Assembly (NCBI GenBank): GCA_051362555.1
Contig: CM120643.1
Location: forward strand, 2,170,001-2,234,000
Direction of reading: 5' to 3'
Source of the DNA: Lingula anatina
Taxonomy: Eukaryota > Animalia > Brachiopoda
Length of the DNA: 64,000 bases
A program made the translations under genes and the position numbers. The notes under the pieces were generated by a model, which worked only from the letters and a program-made list of their open reading frames with translations, had not been told where the DNA came from and did no database searches. Positions 24,762 to 37,953 of the stretch are shown here, in pieces. Positions within the stretch are counted from its first letter, which is position 1; each line of letters begins with the position of its first letter.

Positions 24762-26004
24762 TTAGATGTTTTCTGTTTTTAAGTTTAATATTTTGAAAAA
24801 TGCTCGCCTAAAATTGGAATTCATCCAACCGTATATGAAAGGATTTATTGCTGAACTTAAGGATGCTAATTCAACGGCAATGTTTCGAAGAACAGCAAAG
24901 GTCAAACTTCCCTCCTCAAAGTATTTTTCGGTCCAAAATATTATCAGGCATGGAAAATACAGAGCAAAGAAGTTACCGAGAATAACTGCAGTCATTTTTG
25001 CAAGCTTGGCCTCTGTGTTGCTGGTCGGTAATTTGATTGTCACCCTTTCTGACATGTCAGATTGGACATTGGAGGTAGAAGGATTCCCAGTAGACGCAGC
25101 TGCCGCCAATGACCCCAAACCCGTAGGTACAGACAGCCCGCTTTTGACTCCCACACTGGGTCCCTGGACAACACTTGAAACCACTTTTATTCCTCCAGGG
25201 CGGCTAGTCGTGTTGGGAGAAGCCGGTGGGTGAGAAACTGTTGGTAACATGGGCAACACTCTACCAGTAGCTGGTTGGTTTGTCGGTGTAACAGTTTGCC
25301 GCATTTGCGATAAAGCATCCTGATGAGCATTGCCATGCTGCCCAACTTGTTGTTTTTGCTTCTTGACTTTTCTAAATATTGCGATGTAGAAACTTATAGC
25401 AACCAAAAGACAAATATGGATGTGTGGTATCACAATGAAGCGTCGAAATCCTAACACAGAGGTTTCCGCCCTGCATTCCACGCCTGTAATCCAGTTATTC
25501 CAGCCCATGAGGGGTATAGAATTTAAAGAGACCATATACAAGTAGCACATGCCGGTGATCAAATAAAATCTCTTTTCTGGTAAAACTCTGGGATAGTGAA
25601 TGTGCCAGCATATCTTCATGTATCTTTCAAAAGAAATCAGAGTCTGTACGAGTATTGAAAGTCCAAGATATGCACTCATTGTTGCTATTTTTCCAAGGCA
25701 GAAGTACTTGTTGAGGGCCAAATGATGCAATGCTGGAAAGATGTCGACGAGATACCCTAGGACTATATTGTAAGGCATGCTGATCAGACCGGTCAAAACG
25801 TCTACCAGTGCTAAGCTCACAATGGCTACAAAACGCAAAAATGACAAAACAGTTAGACGTTACCGATACCAGCGATATCAAGGCTTCTATGGTGATAAAG
25901 ACGATGCAGCTCATGCGTTGACAGGGGAGAGCGGTCTCATTTGATCCGTTCGTTGGAAAAACGTCGGTCACCAAAGTTTCATTTAACATCTCGTTGGAAT
26001 TCAT
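24762..26004 (-). pseudogene. Intronless class A (rhodopsin-like) GPCR with a frameshifting deletion between TM1 and TM2
   Basis: The N-glycosylated N-terminus and TM1 (..SNCFVIFAFCS) are in one frame. IVSLALVD (TM2), SFERY (TM3), PLMGWN (TM4), LYFP (TM6) and NPFIY (TM7) are in another. The frame changes at ~25823/25824 and the ICL1 residues are missing. Confidence 0.8.
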
Positions 26005-26810
26005 GATTTTCTGGTTTTCAAATCTACAAGCGCTCTTTGTGCGTTCAGCGTTATGTGTTGATGTCGCCTAACTATGTGAGCGACAATAATGTTGAATGTT
26101 CAATTAGCACGTGTATTTTCACATAAGATCAGCGACATTTGAGTACACTAATTACATAGTTGATGTTTGCAATACCTGTTGTTAGCACGTTGCTACATAT
26201 TTCCTTTGTGACTTTGACAATCCAAAGACGATAATGAAGTGACGACAATAATATAAAAACCTGATATTTCGTTTAACAGAATATGAAATATGTTTTCCAG
26301 ATGTAGTTACCCCCGTCTAAGTTTTCCCTTATTTACTTTAAGCTTTGAATTCAGTACAAAATCTAAAAAACGTGCTTATTTATTTATTTATATTTTTAGT
26401 TATTTATTTATTGTAACAATATTTTGTGCATCGACCGTTTTTTCACTCTTGATGAAAATGATGGACTATTCCAAAGGAATATTGCATTTAAGATTTCAAT
26501 AAGTTTAAACTAAGACAAAAATGTATCTAACAACCAGCGTTTTATTGAAATTCCATGTTCTACCTTCAAGTTACAGTACATATATTTAGGGATATTTATT
26601 CTCTTGGGTGCCTCCTAGTGAATAATATTATTTATAGAGAAAAGAGTGCATGAATGAAAATTAAGAAATATATATATATTTTTTTCATTATTCGCTAAGG
26701 GTTTATAAGGAATGAGATACAGATAACACTTCTCTGTTGTGTTGATTTGGGTATGGAGTATGTGTCCTGATTTGACTAGGTCAGCGTCAGAGCAAATGCG
26801 TCATAATATA

Positions 26811-27270
26811 CAGACTTGACATTTAATGTGGAATATTTCAGTTTCGAAAGTATGCCTAGGTAAAAATGCGTTCTTTAAAAAAATCCGATCTCATATAAGA
26901 TATTTTAAAGGAGAAGTGTGTAGTCAGGTGTGTCGCTTCCAAATAACTGAATACCACGTTTGTTGCACTGCTGCATTATGTAATATGCAATGATTTAATC
27001 GGGCAGTGCTCCTTTGGGCAGTCAAAGCTTGGCTTGGGCAAATCATGTTTCCTTCAAAAAATTATCAATATGTAGGCAACTACTGCATATAAAAATTTGA
27101 CATTTTGCATGCAAGTGGTCGGTTTTGCAATGTGTAAAATGAGCTATGCAGTGTTTTACAAATGTGTTAATCTGTGGCAGAATGGCGCATAAAAGACAGA
27201 CATTGCCAGACAGATAATTGCGCCAAACGAGACGGTCTGCACAGTTTTATAGAGTAATGCCCAGACTTTA
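26811..27270 (+). mobile_element. Truncated left end of the Tc1-like element seen complete at 41584-43245
   Basis: TA followed by cagacttgacatttaatgtggaatatttcagtttcg, collinear with 41584-42045. Confidence 0.85.
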
Positions 27271-27344
27271 ACTGCATCATTTATTTAAAAAATAATAAGA
27301 CATTTAACACAATTTATGGAAGACGTCCACATGTGCAACAGGTC

Positions 27345-27417
27345 GGTTCAATAGTGTAGTGGCTATCACGCTCGCCTCACACGCGAGAGGTCCTGGGTTC
27401 GAACCCCAGTTTAACCA
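27345..27417 (+). tRNA. tRNA-Val(CAC)
   Basis: 73-nt cloverleaf: anticodon arm CTCGC-CTCACAC-GCGAG, T-loop GTTCGAA, one C:T mismatch in the acceptor stem, T-run terminator ~12 nt downstream. Confidence 0.85.
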
Positions 27418-28401
27418 TTCAAAGTACGTTTTTTCACCATCATTTCTCAATGTTTACAAAATTGGGTCGCTGCTCAGTTGGGCAGTTATGTACGAAATCA
27501 ATTGATTGCAGTAGCTGCACCTGATGTGTTTTGTATCTTCTCTGTCACAATCAACATTCCACGTGACTGTTGTTATTCATGTCCTTGTACAATAAAGGAA
27601 TGCAGTCTTGACGTCTAGTATTTTAACTTAGTATTTTAATTTAGTATTTCAAACTTTTAAACTTATAAACACTATAGCCATTTATTGCTTTGAATACGAC
27701 AATGAACTTTCTTCTCGTGTGCCCTTTGTACCAATATTTTAGAATCCAATGGTTAGGGAACTTTTGCAATTTCATCGTGAGTAAGACGATTTTATTTATA
27801 AGATTAATGGGTACAAAAGAAACTCCTGTGTTACGCAGAATTGCCTGATATTTGATAAATGCAGAAAAAGAAGACTAGAACTTACTACTACTGCATGTAG
27901 ACATACATGTGTAGAGTTACTGCACTATAGTTTAAATGTATCATGCACTCATGTATTCTTCCATCTTAGCCTAATCGTTTCATAAAATCAGTTTCTAGTC
28001 TATGAAGAGTATCAAATTGTCATCATTCACTACATAATGTTACCGTCTGCTTTTCAGTCTACTTTCATTCTTAGGACTACCATTCCTGTCACACCGGTGT
28101 GACAGGAAAAGAAGTCCCCTAAAAACCGTAGTCCGTTCCCCATTACTTTGTACAGGTGACATTCGTCCTATATACTAACCCCGATACTCCGACTTATCAT
28201 TTGGGAACCCATTACTAGGACTACCATTCCTGTCACACCGGCCCTGATATTGTATTGCGGTAGATGTGCCTTGACTCACTCATTAATAGTGTTTGTTCAG
28301 TTTTGCCATCCACATGCTGATTTTCCACAGACTGATTTCTAATCTATTTGCTTTTCACTAAAAGTTGGCTGACATTTCAACAAATATATGCATTTAATTC
28401 A

Positions 28402-28612
28402 GCCCCCTTTACACTGGACGGCGTCCTTTCTGCGTCCTTTGTGAGGAAACTGGCATCGCAGTGGTCTAGAAAAGAGGCACAAGCATCGCTTTGGTTGCAG
28501 AATGAATGCTCAATGACCGCCAGTTGTCGGCAAGTAAAGTTGTTTTTTTTTTAATCTCAAACGGGGCCGTACTACGGGACGCAGAGAGGACGCCGTTCAG
28601 TGTAAAGGGGGG
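28402..28612. mobile_element. PIF/Harbinger-type MITE
   Basis: TIR cccctttacactggacggcgtcctttctgcgtcc and its inverse at ~28578-28612, with tca/tta flanks. A second copy lies at 57313-57524. Confidence 0.8.
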
Positions 28613-28673
28613 TTAAATAACATACCCCCTCTTATTGCTGTATACATTGGTCATTAAAGTTGATGCATTTAAC

Positions 28674-28708
28674 CAAGGAGTTATAACAGAATCTGTTATA
28701 ACTCCTTG
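28674..28708. mobile_element. 35-bp perfect fold-back flanked by a 7-bp direct repeat (TIR-only mini element)
   Basis: caaggagttataacaga-a-tctgttataactccttg, with ATTTAAC at 28667-28673 and 28709-28715. Confidence 0.6.
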
Positions 28709-30809
28709 ATTTAACTAAGTTTCAGCAGGTAACTAGATGGTGTCGACGAGGAACCATAGCATATCCTCGCACTTCGGCATACTGCCAACGTAGGTCATCC
28801 CAGGTACCCATCCCCTGGACATCTGTGCTACTGCCAAAGTCTTGATTATAAGAAACATAAAATCGTGACAACAATTACGTAAGATATGTGCTTTCATGCA
28901 TGGCATCCTGACATCCTGATAAAAGGTCAATCAATCCCTTGAGTTCAACGTTCATCAATTCCATGGTCCCGGAGTAGAAAGATGCATATAACAAGTCACG
29001 TAATACATAATTAGTGAAAATGTAATACATATAGAATGACCCATCCCCAGAGATCCCCACGTCAGCATCTCTTTAATTTACGGCGCATACCCATCCCCCA
29101 ATGATCACTAATGATAGGTCTATCAATCCCCAAAGTTGGAAGTTCCTCGCTCTAATTGTCTCTGAGGAGATAGAGGAACACTAGGAGATAAGGAAGGACA
29201 TATACACGTATAGATTGATGGGATGACATTGCTGCCACATCTTTAAGTAAAAGGTCCCGAAGAGTCTTGGTCTCCCGCGAAATCACTGAAAAAATCATTA
29301 AAATTTACATCGACCTTCTTGAATTTAATTAGAGTGAAATACATTTAAATTTGCCCTTCTAGTAGTTCATTTCTCCCTACTACATCAAAGTAACTCTCAA
29401 GGAGAATTTTTTAGTACAGTCTCATTAATGTTGAAGGGAACCAATCATTAAAAAACGTGCATTTAGCCGTACAGTTAGCTTAAAACTTGTGAAAATGGTT
29501 TAATGTAAAATATTTACACATGATTTATAGTACGATAACACGCTGCATCAGCTTTTACACCACCGTTAAAACACATATACACCACAGGAATGAAACCCCC
29601 TTAGCTAAAAGGCACTAGTTTTCACTTTTTTATTTCATTTTATTTTATTTAATTATTATTATTATTTTTTTTGGGGGGGGGGGGCAAGATGCAACACTTT
29701 TAGTTTAGTTGCATATTATTGCACGATGTGAAGTGCAGGCCCGTTGTGACAACAGAGTGCGCGGGGTTTGCGGTATCAACAAAATATACCATTGTTTCTT
29801 TTAGCTAAAGAAAAATGAGCTGGGTATTGTTTGCAAGATACGCTTGATGTGCGCATTTGTATTCAAAGTAAAATTTGAATTTTCATCACGTAGGAATGAC
29901 ATTCAATTCGTGTAACAGCTTGATACAAAGGACACTAGTTTTGAGTTAACATCGTAAGATCAGAGGTATTGTATGGAGTGTTTTATGTATATACCAACAA
30001 ATGCCTTTCGTAAAAAAATTGAATGGAGTCAACCATACATTGCACTGCCCCGACAGAGTGGATAATGTTAAGAACAAATTTCTCGATACTCACGGTAGAT
30101 TATTAAAAAAAATAGAAATAAAAAATCATAATTTTACAAAATTCATGATTGAATAATATAAACTTAATACAAAACATTATAATTGGTCAACGTTTCTTTT
30201 TATACTTAATTGATCATTGCTTGTAACCCTTTACCTTTGGATTTTATTAGTCAACATATTTGTATGGATTTAGACAAATATAATAATAATAATATATTAT
30301 TATTATTATTTAAATTTGAACGAGTGTTAATCTTACCCTTTTAATTTTCAAGTTGTTGGTTTCTGACCACTGCTTTTAATTATCAGAGACTATCTTTCAT
30401 TTTTTTAGACATTTCATCATATCGAAATGGCGTAAAATGAAAAACCGCCATTACCAAAAGTGGGATTGATTCGATGTCTATCATTCCTCTATTTAAGATA
30501 TTGGTCCAGAGAAGCCATACCTCTGTCCAAGATCCTAACGGAAGAATTCCTAACGTGCAGCACTGAAGGGAAAGTAAGAGACTTCTGATGAACTGGGAGG
30601 GAATATTTGTTTGCAAAAAATATCTTGGCTGGGCGCCATTGCCACCTCCCCGAAGCATATTCCATTGATATTATCAGTAATAAGGTTGACTCGTTTTATT
30701 TTACACATTTTTAATTTTTTGTCAATACAAACTTTATTCAGCAAATGATTTAAATAGAACATCATTTTGCACAATAATAAAAGCTCATGGCACGTTCTCG
30801 TGGACTCCA

Positions 30810-31190
30810 TGCTTGTGGTCGTGAACACATACGAGAGAAAAGTAAACACGGGGTTTATTCTAACTAAATTTACATTATAAAGCCTATTTAGACCTTTTTG
30901 AATTTTCTATAAAAGCAGGAAAAAACATTGGGGAAGTTATCATGAAAAGGTGTTTATTTACGTAACTGCTCTTGTTTAAACCTATCATAGTCGATCTCAC
31001 AAGCAAAGCGGAAGAGTAATACGATATATTAAAGAACGAGACTGCATGAGTGGCAGTTCAGTTAAAATTTTGGGTATATAAATCGTGGCCTACCCGCATC
31101 TAGGGTGACCAGAATGCTGATGATGTCGATAACAGAGGTTTCCACGATTCAAGAAAAAGGTTACAGGTTGTAACATAACCTGCAACCTTT
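30810..31190 (+). pseudogene. TLR 5' relic 1 (upstream region plus decayed start, then jumps to TLR 3'-flank sequence)
   Basis: caagcaaagcggaagagtaatacgatata and taacagaggtttccacgat match 33790-33975, with ATG mutated to ATT. The following 31190-31460 matches 37610-37860. Confidence 0.7.
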
Positions 31191-31506
31191 AGACATTATT
31201 GTGGGAAGTAGTACCAATGTGTAAAGTCTTTTGATTTTAACCTAACCTTAAGTCAGTTTTGCGAAGAAATAATACAAGATTCGTATCAAGCACTGTAATT
31301 ATCTTTTTGCAGTAGAGTTTGGATGTGCGTATGTGTGTGGAATTGAGTATATATTTTTATTATATTAATTTTTTTTTTGTATTTGATGAGAAATAAATAG
31401 AATATTAATTCATGAAAGGAAAAAGATTTAACAGAAAAATAATGTTGCACTAACGTTGAATCAGCTTAACAAAGACTGTCCAATCATAAAGTTCGATGGG
31501 TGAAGA

Positions 31507-31517
31507 GGGAATTCCCC
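31507..31517 (+). promoter_or_regulatory. NF-kB/Rel-type site GGGAATTCCCC with upstream CCAAT (copy 1 of 5)
   Basis: Exact kB consensus; identical copies at 37943, 38659, 45056 and 46285. Confidence 0.6.
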
Positions 31518-31732
31518 ACAGCTGTTAGCGAACAAAAGATTTGTAAACGCACGCGCTCTCTAAGTTAATTCAACATGAACAGGGGTGGGGGGAGAAAAAA
31601 CGCACCTGAGGATTTGTTATAATTGTGTATTAGTATAACTTATTTTTAATACATGGATTTTACATGTAGAAGTCTGCATATATACATTTTTGAGACACCA
31701 CACTCTCTCTTTTCGCTGGTGCCGACCCTTAA

Positions 31733-33221
31733 CCCCATAGAGCCTGACAGCATCTGACCTAGAAAGTGCCCTTGGTCCTGAGCCCTCTACCCGTATGCAC
31801 TTAATTTTACAGGCGGACTCATTTAATCAATGATAATGTATTCACTTCTTTCGAAAACACCTAAAAACTGCACATTTTTAGAAAGCCAAGTATGTAAGCT
31901 TTAAAGTCATATCAGTTTTATTCACATTTGTTTAATTAGGTAGAAATAGAAGGAGTTTAAATATGAGACTTGCTTTTCTCGAAGAGAAGTAAAAAACAAA
32001 ACTTTAATTTCAACATGCACATTCTTTTTCACTTTACCCAAGAATTTGTTGAAATGTTCTCATAAACATCCGAAATATGTTTCAAACAATATCAGAAAAT
32101 TTCAGAAAGATATCTAATTTAGTTTTTGAGTTATAATAAATTTCCTGGGATGCGTGCTGTACCTAAAAACCTGCATCACGTCAGTGAGTTGCACAACATA
32201 CAGGCAGGCTAGCTGACTAGAAGACTTCCACCTAATATTACTCTTATCATTACAAATAGATTGTAAATTAAGTGCCTTTTTCAATAGTTTTTCATAGTTT
32301 TTTAATCAACTGAACTAGGATACTCATAAAATTTTGTTTTGCACTCAAATCATGTACAAGAATACAAACATTGTCATGAGCAAATATTACACTTTCATGA
32401 ATAAAAATTGCATCATAAAAATACTAGTAAACGTGTCATTTGTACTAATACACAAGCAGGAAAAGACATGTTGATACAGCGCACTAGTAAACATATTACA
32501 TCTGTATTTATACACTAGCAGGAAAAGACATATGTTGATGCAGCACACAAGTAAACATATGTCATTTGTACTTAGACATAAGCAGGAAAAGACATGCTGA
32601 TGCAGTACAACGTAACATATGACATTTGTATTTATGCAAAGCAGGAAAAGACATGTTGATGCAGCACACAAGGCAACATTTAGCCTGACTTGCCACGGAA
32701 CGGTTACAGTCATTTTATCAGCAATATAACCCTTCCAATTACTATTGTCATCTGCTTGGTTACTGCAGTTAGTATCATCAGCGTTTTTCATAAATCAAGT
32801 CGCACGTCCGAATCTGCTCTCTGACAACTCATACTAGCCAAAGGTACATCATCTTTGAAGTTATCGGAGTATCAAAATCTATCAAGGACTCTTCCCCGAA
32901 GTCTGAATTTTCTAACAAATCTAGAATATTTCTCAACCCATAACTTCTGCTGACTTCTCGCCGCCATTTTGACTGCTTAGCGCCTCGACAGTGGTTGAAA
33001 TAAATCGCTTTTTCATTATCTAATTCTCGCTACACGTCTTTCAAAAGCTAGGTAGTAAACAAAAAACTAGCATTAAGTTAGTCTTGTGATAGAAGCATGA
33101 ATTGTTACAAACGACAGGGGACAGTACAAGCATGTAAACACAGAAACCGCGTATATGCGGTTCCCGGCACTGAGGACTTTTTAAAATGAACCGCATATGT
33201 GCGGTTCCCGGCGCTATGGGG
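31733..33221 (-). mobile_element. Non-autonomous piggyBac-like element
   Basis: TTAA at 31729-31732 and 33222-33225; termini CCCCATAG(A/C)GCC. Contains an internal ~60-bp tandem repeat (~32420-32670) and a decayed acidic ORF start on minus (..ILDLLENSDFGEES..). Absent from the homologous site near 46520. Confidence 0.8.
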
Positions 33222-33957
33222 TTAAATAAATCACAATGTTCATATTGACGGTGACTGAAGGAAAGAAAAAACGACCTGCTGAACCTGGAGGGGAGGGGTA
33301 AGGGTAACGCTTAAAGATTAATTTTGGTCAGACAAAAACGCATGTAACGTTTCAACAACAGGATAAATGCATTTTAATAGGGGTCATATATATATATATA
33401 TATCAGAAATTAAATATTGACCGAGCTGTTAATAGTGAAAAATATATAATAATTATAAAACCCAGTAAATGTAAAAATAAAGTGTTTGATAAGTGTAGTC
33501 AAAATTCTGTTGGGGTCGGTGCAATCACACACACTCTCCCCATACTGATTTCCATTATCGTGGGCTTCGGACTTGTGGTTGTGAACACAAAGGACCGCAA
33601 GGTAAACACAAGGTTTATTATACAGGCTATACGCTATTTTATAGCCTTTCACAGGCCTTCTGAACTTTCTTTTAATACATTTTGACCTTGTCTGTACAAA
33701 ATCAGGGAGAAAAAAATCTTGGGGACGTAACCAAGAGAGGGTACTTTATTTACTGTACTGCTCCTGTATAAACCAATCAAGGTCGATCTAACAAGCAAAG
33801 CGGAAGAGTAATACGATATACATGAATAGGTGCCTGCCAGAATGAGACTCCATGAGTGGCAGTTCAGTAATGTTTTGGTGTGGGGTATGTAAATAATGCC
33901 CTGCTCGGATGTAAGGAGCCCAGATTGCCGCAAATATCGCTAACAGAGGTTTCCACG

Positions 33958-36900
33958 ATGCTAGGAAAAGGTCACTTAATGTTGTATCTGTGCTGTTTGG
34001 TGTACGTCATTCTTAGTATTGGCGGATGCAATGCACACGAGTGTCCATGGCCATGCCATTGCGATTTTAGGTCTTCAACACAGGGAATTGTCAACTGCTC
34101 TTATAGCCGTGCCTTGTCCCTGGATAAACCTATGCCACGTAATACAACTGTTCTGGATCTACGCTACACCGGTATGTCTGAGATCCCACCTCACGTTTTT
34201 AGTCAACTGGAAAATCTGAAAATACTGTATGTCGGAGGCAACTACATAACACACTTTCATGAAGATAGTTTTGCAGGTTTATGGGCTTTGGAACACTTGG
34301 ATTTGTCTCCCCTTTATTTGGAGACAAATTTCGATTACGAAGCATTCCCCGTGAGCTTGTTCCAGGACTTAACGCAGTTAAAAGTTCTGATATTTGGGAA
34401 AATGGGCATCACTGCGCAAGTGCAAAAAGGATATTTAGATCAAACATTAGCCCCCTTACATCGATTGCAACAGGTGTTTTTTCCTGGTCTACCACGGCGT
34501 AATTTGGTACTTGGTCCCGGTTACAGAAATCTCACCTCACTTAAAACAGTTGTGTTTCATGATCATGGATCCGTAGCACACCTTAGGAAACACTCTTTTG
34601 CCACGGTGAAAAATTGTCCCATTGAACGGCTAGCTTTCATCGGATGCGGCCTTGACACCGTAGAATACGGCACAATGTCTTCATTTCCACATCTGAAAAC
34701 ACTGGATATAGAGGGTGCATCGTTCAGCACTGTAGGAGAGGTTGAAAACGTCATTTGTGATCTGAACAATACCGCCATTGAAGCGCTTCGCATGAGCAAC
34801 ATATTCTCATGGCCATATGGAAAACCAACTGTGCAAGAGTGGAAATTGTCTGTTAACACCTTTCAATGTTTGAAATCCACATCACTTAAGTCACTAGAAT
34901 TACTTCATGATAGAATTACAGGAATTGACATTCAAAATTGTGATTTTCTAACTCATTTAGAATATTTAGATTTGTCTGGTAACGCCGTTTTATTTTTTTT
35001 AGAAAATTTTACACAACCAACCGGGTGGGATATTGTATATCATCAATTTCTATCACTCTCAAACCTTACTTTTTTTAGGATGGATTACAATATTTATCGA
35101 AAGTTTATGGTGAATGCCCGAGATGTTCCATCAAACTCATTTTGGTACGGCCATCCAAAGATACCTTTAGAACCAGCCAAATTTCAAAACTCATTGCAGA
35201 AAAAACATGAAGGTCCCCAACAAAACGATAATTTTAGTGGTCCAATTTTGAAAATAGCTTTGCCTGATAATATCGAATTCTGGTCTTCAAGCTGGTGGGG
35301 CATAGATGATAATACTTTTGAAAAGTGCCACCATTTAAATACAGATTTTTATTTCTATCCAAACAAGGTCAGATATCTCAAAATAGAGGACCTGAATTTG
35401 AATGTAAAAGAATTTTGTCCCGTTTTATATGGCTTAGATAGGCTCGAGTTTCTGGATATTTCTCATAACAGCATTCAATACTTGCCAAAAATTTTTTTCA
35501 ATAATTTCATCTCACTGCTATACTTGTATGTGAAAGATAACAATTTAGGTCCTTTGATTGCTAAAAGTGGTCTCCTTCCCATACAACTCTCACACTTAGA
35601 AATCCTCGATTTATCAGTGAACAAAATCAGCACAATACCAAAAGACTTTTTTGGCTATCTTGCTTCATTGAGACGTCTGGACCTCAGCGATAATCGAATA
35701 TCAACATTATCTTTTACCATGATAAACTTACTTTCCATAGAATACATAGATATAAGCACTAATCAACTAACCGACGTCTCGACATCGGAGTTGGACTACA
35801 TTAGGAATGTGAATGCCAGTAGCCTGAATGTTACTTTGAACATGAGCAACAATCCCATGGACTGCAACGTTTGCGACGGGATAGGATTTCTCCGTTTGAT
35901 TATCCACTCCAACATGACGACAATATTCTCCAACGACTCCACCTGTTACGTGGATGGACCTGAAACAAGCTTAGAAAGCAACCTGAGTAGACTTGAGAGG
36001 GAATGCGATAACTTTCCACAGGTTATCTCTTCACTAAACCATTGGCTTTCCTTGGGAGCATCTCTTGGTAGCATAGCTGCTGCGGCCTGTGGCCTTATAG
36101 TACTTTACATTTACCGTTGGAATATCAAGTAAGTTGAGTATGAATGTGTAAAAAGGTTTCATTTTATATTGATTAAATACATGTCAAAAAATGGACAGAA
36201 AATCTATAATTTATAAAAAAATTAGGGTTTGTTGTGCTCTTTTTGCAATATATATATTGAGTATAGCGAATGAATATATAGAATATAGTATCAAAATGAA
36301 AATTAAAGCAAACAATTCTAATAAAATATTGGGTAAGTGGTCCACTGAAAACTAATAATGAAAAGATACAATTCAAACGAAACGTGTGTAAACGGTATAT
36401 AAATATATATCGTGATTGTCGTGTTTCCCGAGTACTTTTTTTTTCTCTCACTATTATAGGTACCACTTCTTCCTTCTTCGCCGCCATTTTCGAAAGAGAG
36501 GTTTCATGGGTGGAACACCTGGTCACGTGTACGCCTCCTATGACGACAAAGATTATCACTGGGTGACACACGTGCTGTTACGTCATCTAGAAGATGAGGA
36601 TCAACTTGATGTCATCATAGATCAAAGAGATTTCATTTGTGGCGCTTCCCTTTCCGAGGCCATTGTAGAGGCCGTGGAGAACAGCAGGAAAACAGTGCTT
36701 GTCCTCTCTGAGAGCTACGTTCTCAACCCTTGGTGTGAGTTTGAGTTTCAGATGTCTCTTGCTCGTGGTTACCAATCAGTAATCCCGGTTATGTTGCAGC
36801 CTGTGCCATTTGATGCTATGACGAAATCACTGCGAAAGTACATTAGAGCAAGAGGGTATATAAAGTGGACTGAGAAACAGGATGGGCAACGTCTGTTCTG

Positions 36901-36982
36901 GAAACGCCTCTCCGACGCCATCTTTGATGATAATGATATTCATGCGCAGCCCGAGGAAGACGAATTGACTGAAATCATTTAG
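33958..36982 (+). CDS. Toll-like receptor A (exons 33958-36128 and 36460-36982; 897 aa)
   Basis: Signal peptide, LRRNT (CPWPCHC), many LxxLxLxxN repeats, LRRCT (NPMDCNVC..C..C) and TM. A phase-2 intron (AA|gtaagt..tatag|G) precedes a TIR domain with box 1 HVYASY, RDFICG, WCEFE and box 3 FWKRL. Confidence 0.95.
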
Positions 36983-37942
36983 CTGAGTATAAACTCCATT
37001 GATGGTTTTGGTATATATATAATTATTTGCTTAGAACTTATGATAACAAACCTGCCCATTGTAAACAGAAGTAAATCACAAGGTTTTCATTCTATTCAAA
37101 ATGTATTTGACCATGAAAAGCAGTTTGTTACACCACAGCGTCTTAGAACTGAGTTGAATATACATATTTTAACTACGGATGAAGTAGTATCTGATTGCAA
37201 ATATGTATGTCACTATTGTTGTAAGCACAATTCAAACAGTACTGTATTATGTATAGACTTTTATGGGTGCATGTTTACATGAAATATGTCTAAAATATTT
37301 CAATCAATTTTAAACCTTAGATAAGGAAAAAAAGGAAATAAGTTATGGGTGATAGACTTGTAAGTGGCAACAAACTTACAAACATTTTCTTGTTAATGTT
37401 AAGGAAGTGAGATTAAAACGGTTCACCTAGGATGAAAAGAGTTTATTTCCTACCTGTAAAATATAAACAATCCTTACTGTATCTTTTGTAAAATAACTTT
37501 AAAAGCAGCTAAACATCTGCTTATTGACCTTGAAATAGTTTAGCAATTGTGGATAGAAGTAAAGCACTAGATACACCAATAGCCGTTAGTTAAACAATAT
37601 CATCTTTACAGATAATTGTGGAAAGTTGTAACAGTGTTTGAAATATTTTGAATTAAACTAAACCCTTTATCAGTTTGAGAAGAAATAATACAACAAAGCA
37701 CTGTAATTACTTTTATGCAGTAGAGTGCAGATATGTGTGTGTGAAATCGAGCATATAACATTTTAATTATATTTACTGTATCTTGTATTTGATGAAAATA
37801 AATAGAACATTATGAGTTCTGAAAACTTATTTAGTAGAAATATAATGCTGCAGCTAACAATTCAGCTCCATTCAAGAGTCAATATCCTTATGTTGTACCA
37901 GTTTAACAAAGACCGTCCAATCATAAAATTCGATGGGTAAAA

Positions 37943-37953
37943 GGGAATTCCCC
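37943..37953 (+). promoter_or_regulatory. kB-type site GGGAATTCCCC (copy 2)
   Basis: Exact motif within the duplicated CCAAT+kB module. Confidence 0.55.

Noticed and set aside
24766-25233. 155-aa plus-strand ORF
   Set aside because: Antisense shadow of the GPCR coding sequence.
27345-27660. tRNA-derived SINE interpretation of the three Val copies
   Set aside because: Full cloverleafs are followed by Pol III T-runs, and homology extends for kilobases as segmental duplication, with no tail or TSD.
32387-32791. 134-aa Cys-rich ORF
   Set aside because: Mostly read through the ~60-bp tandem repeat inside the piggyBac-like element.
33880-33957. Longer N-termini given by the ORF track for TLR A (also 39401 and 50350)
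   Set aside because: They use non-ATG starts; the downstream ATGs are followed directly by signal peptides and are conserved between paralogues.
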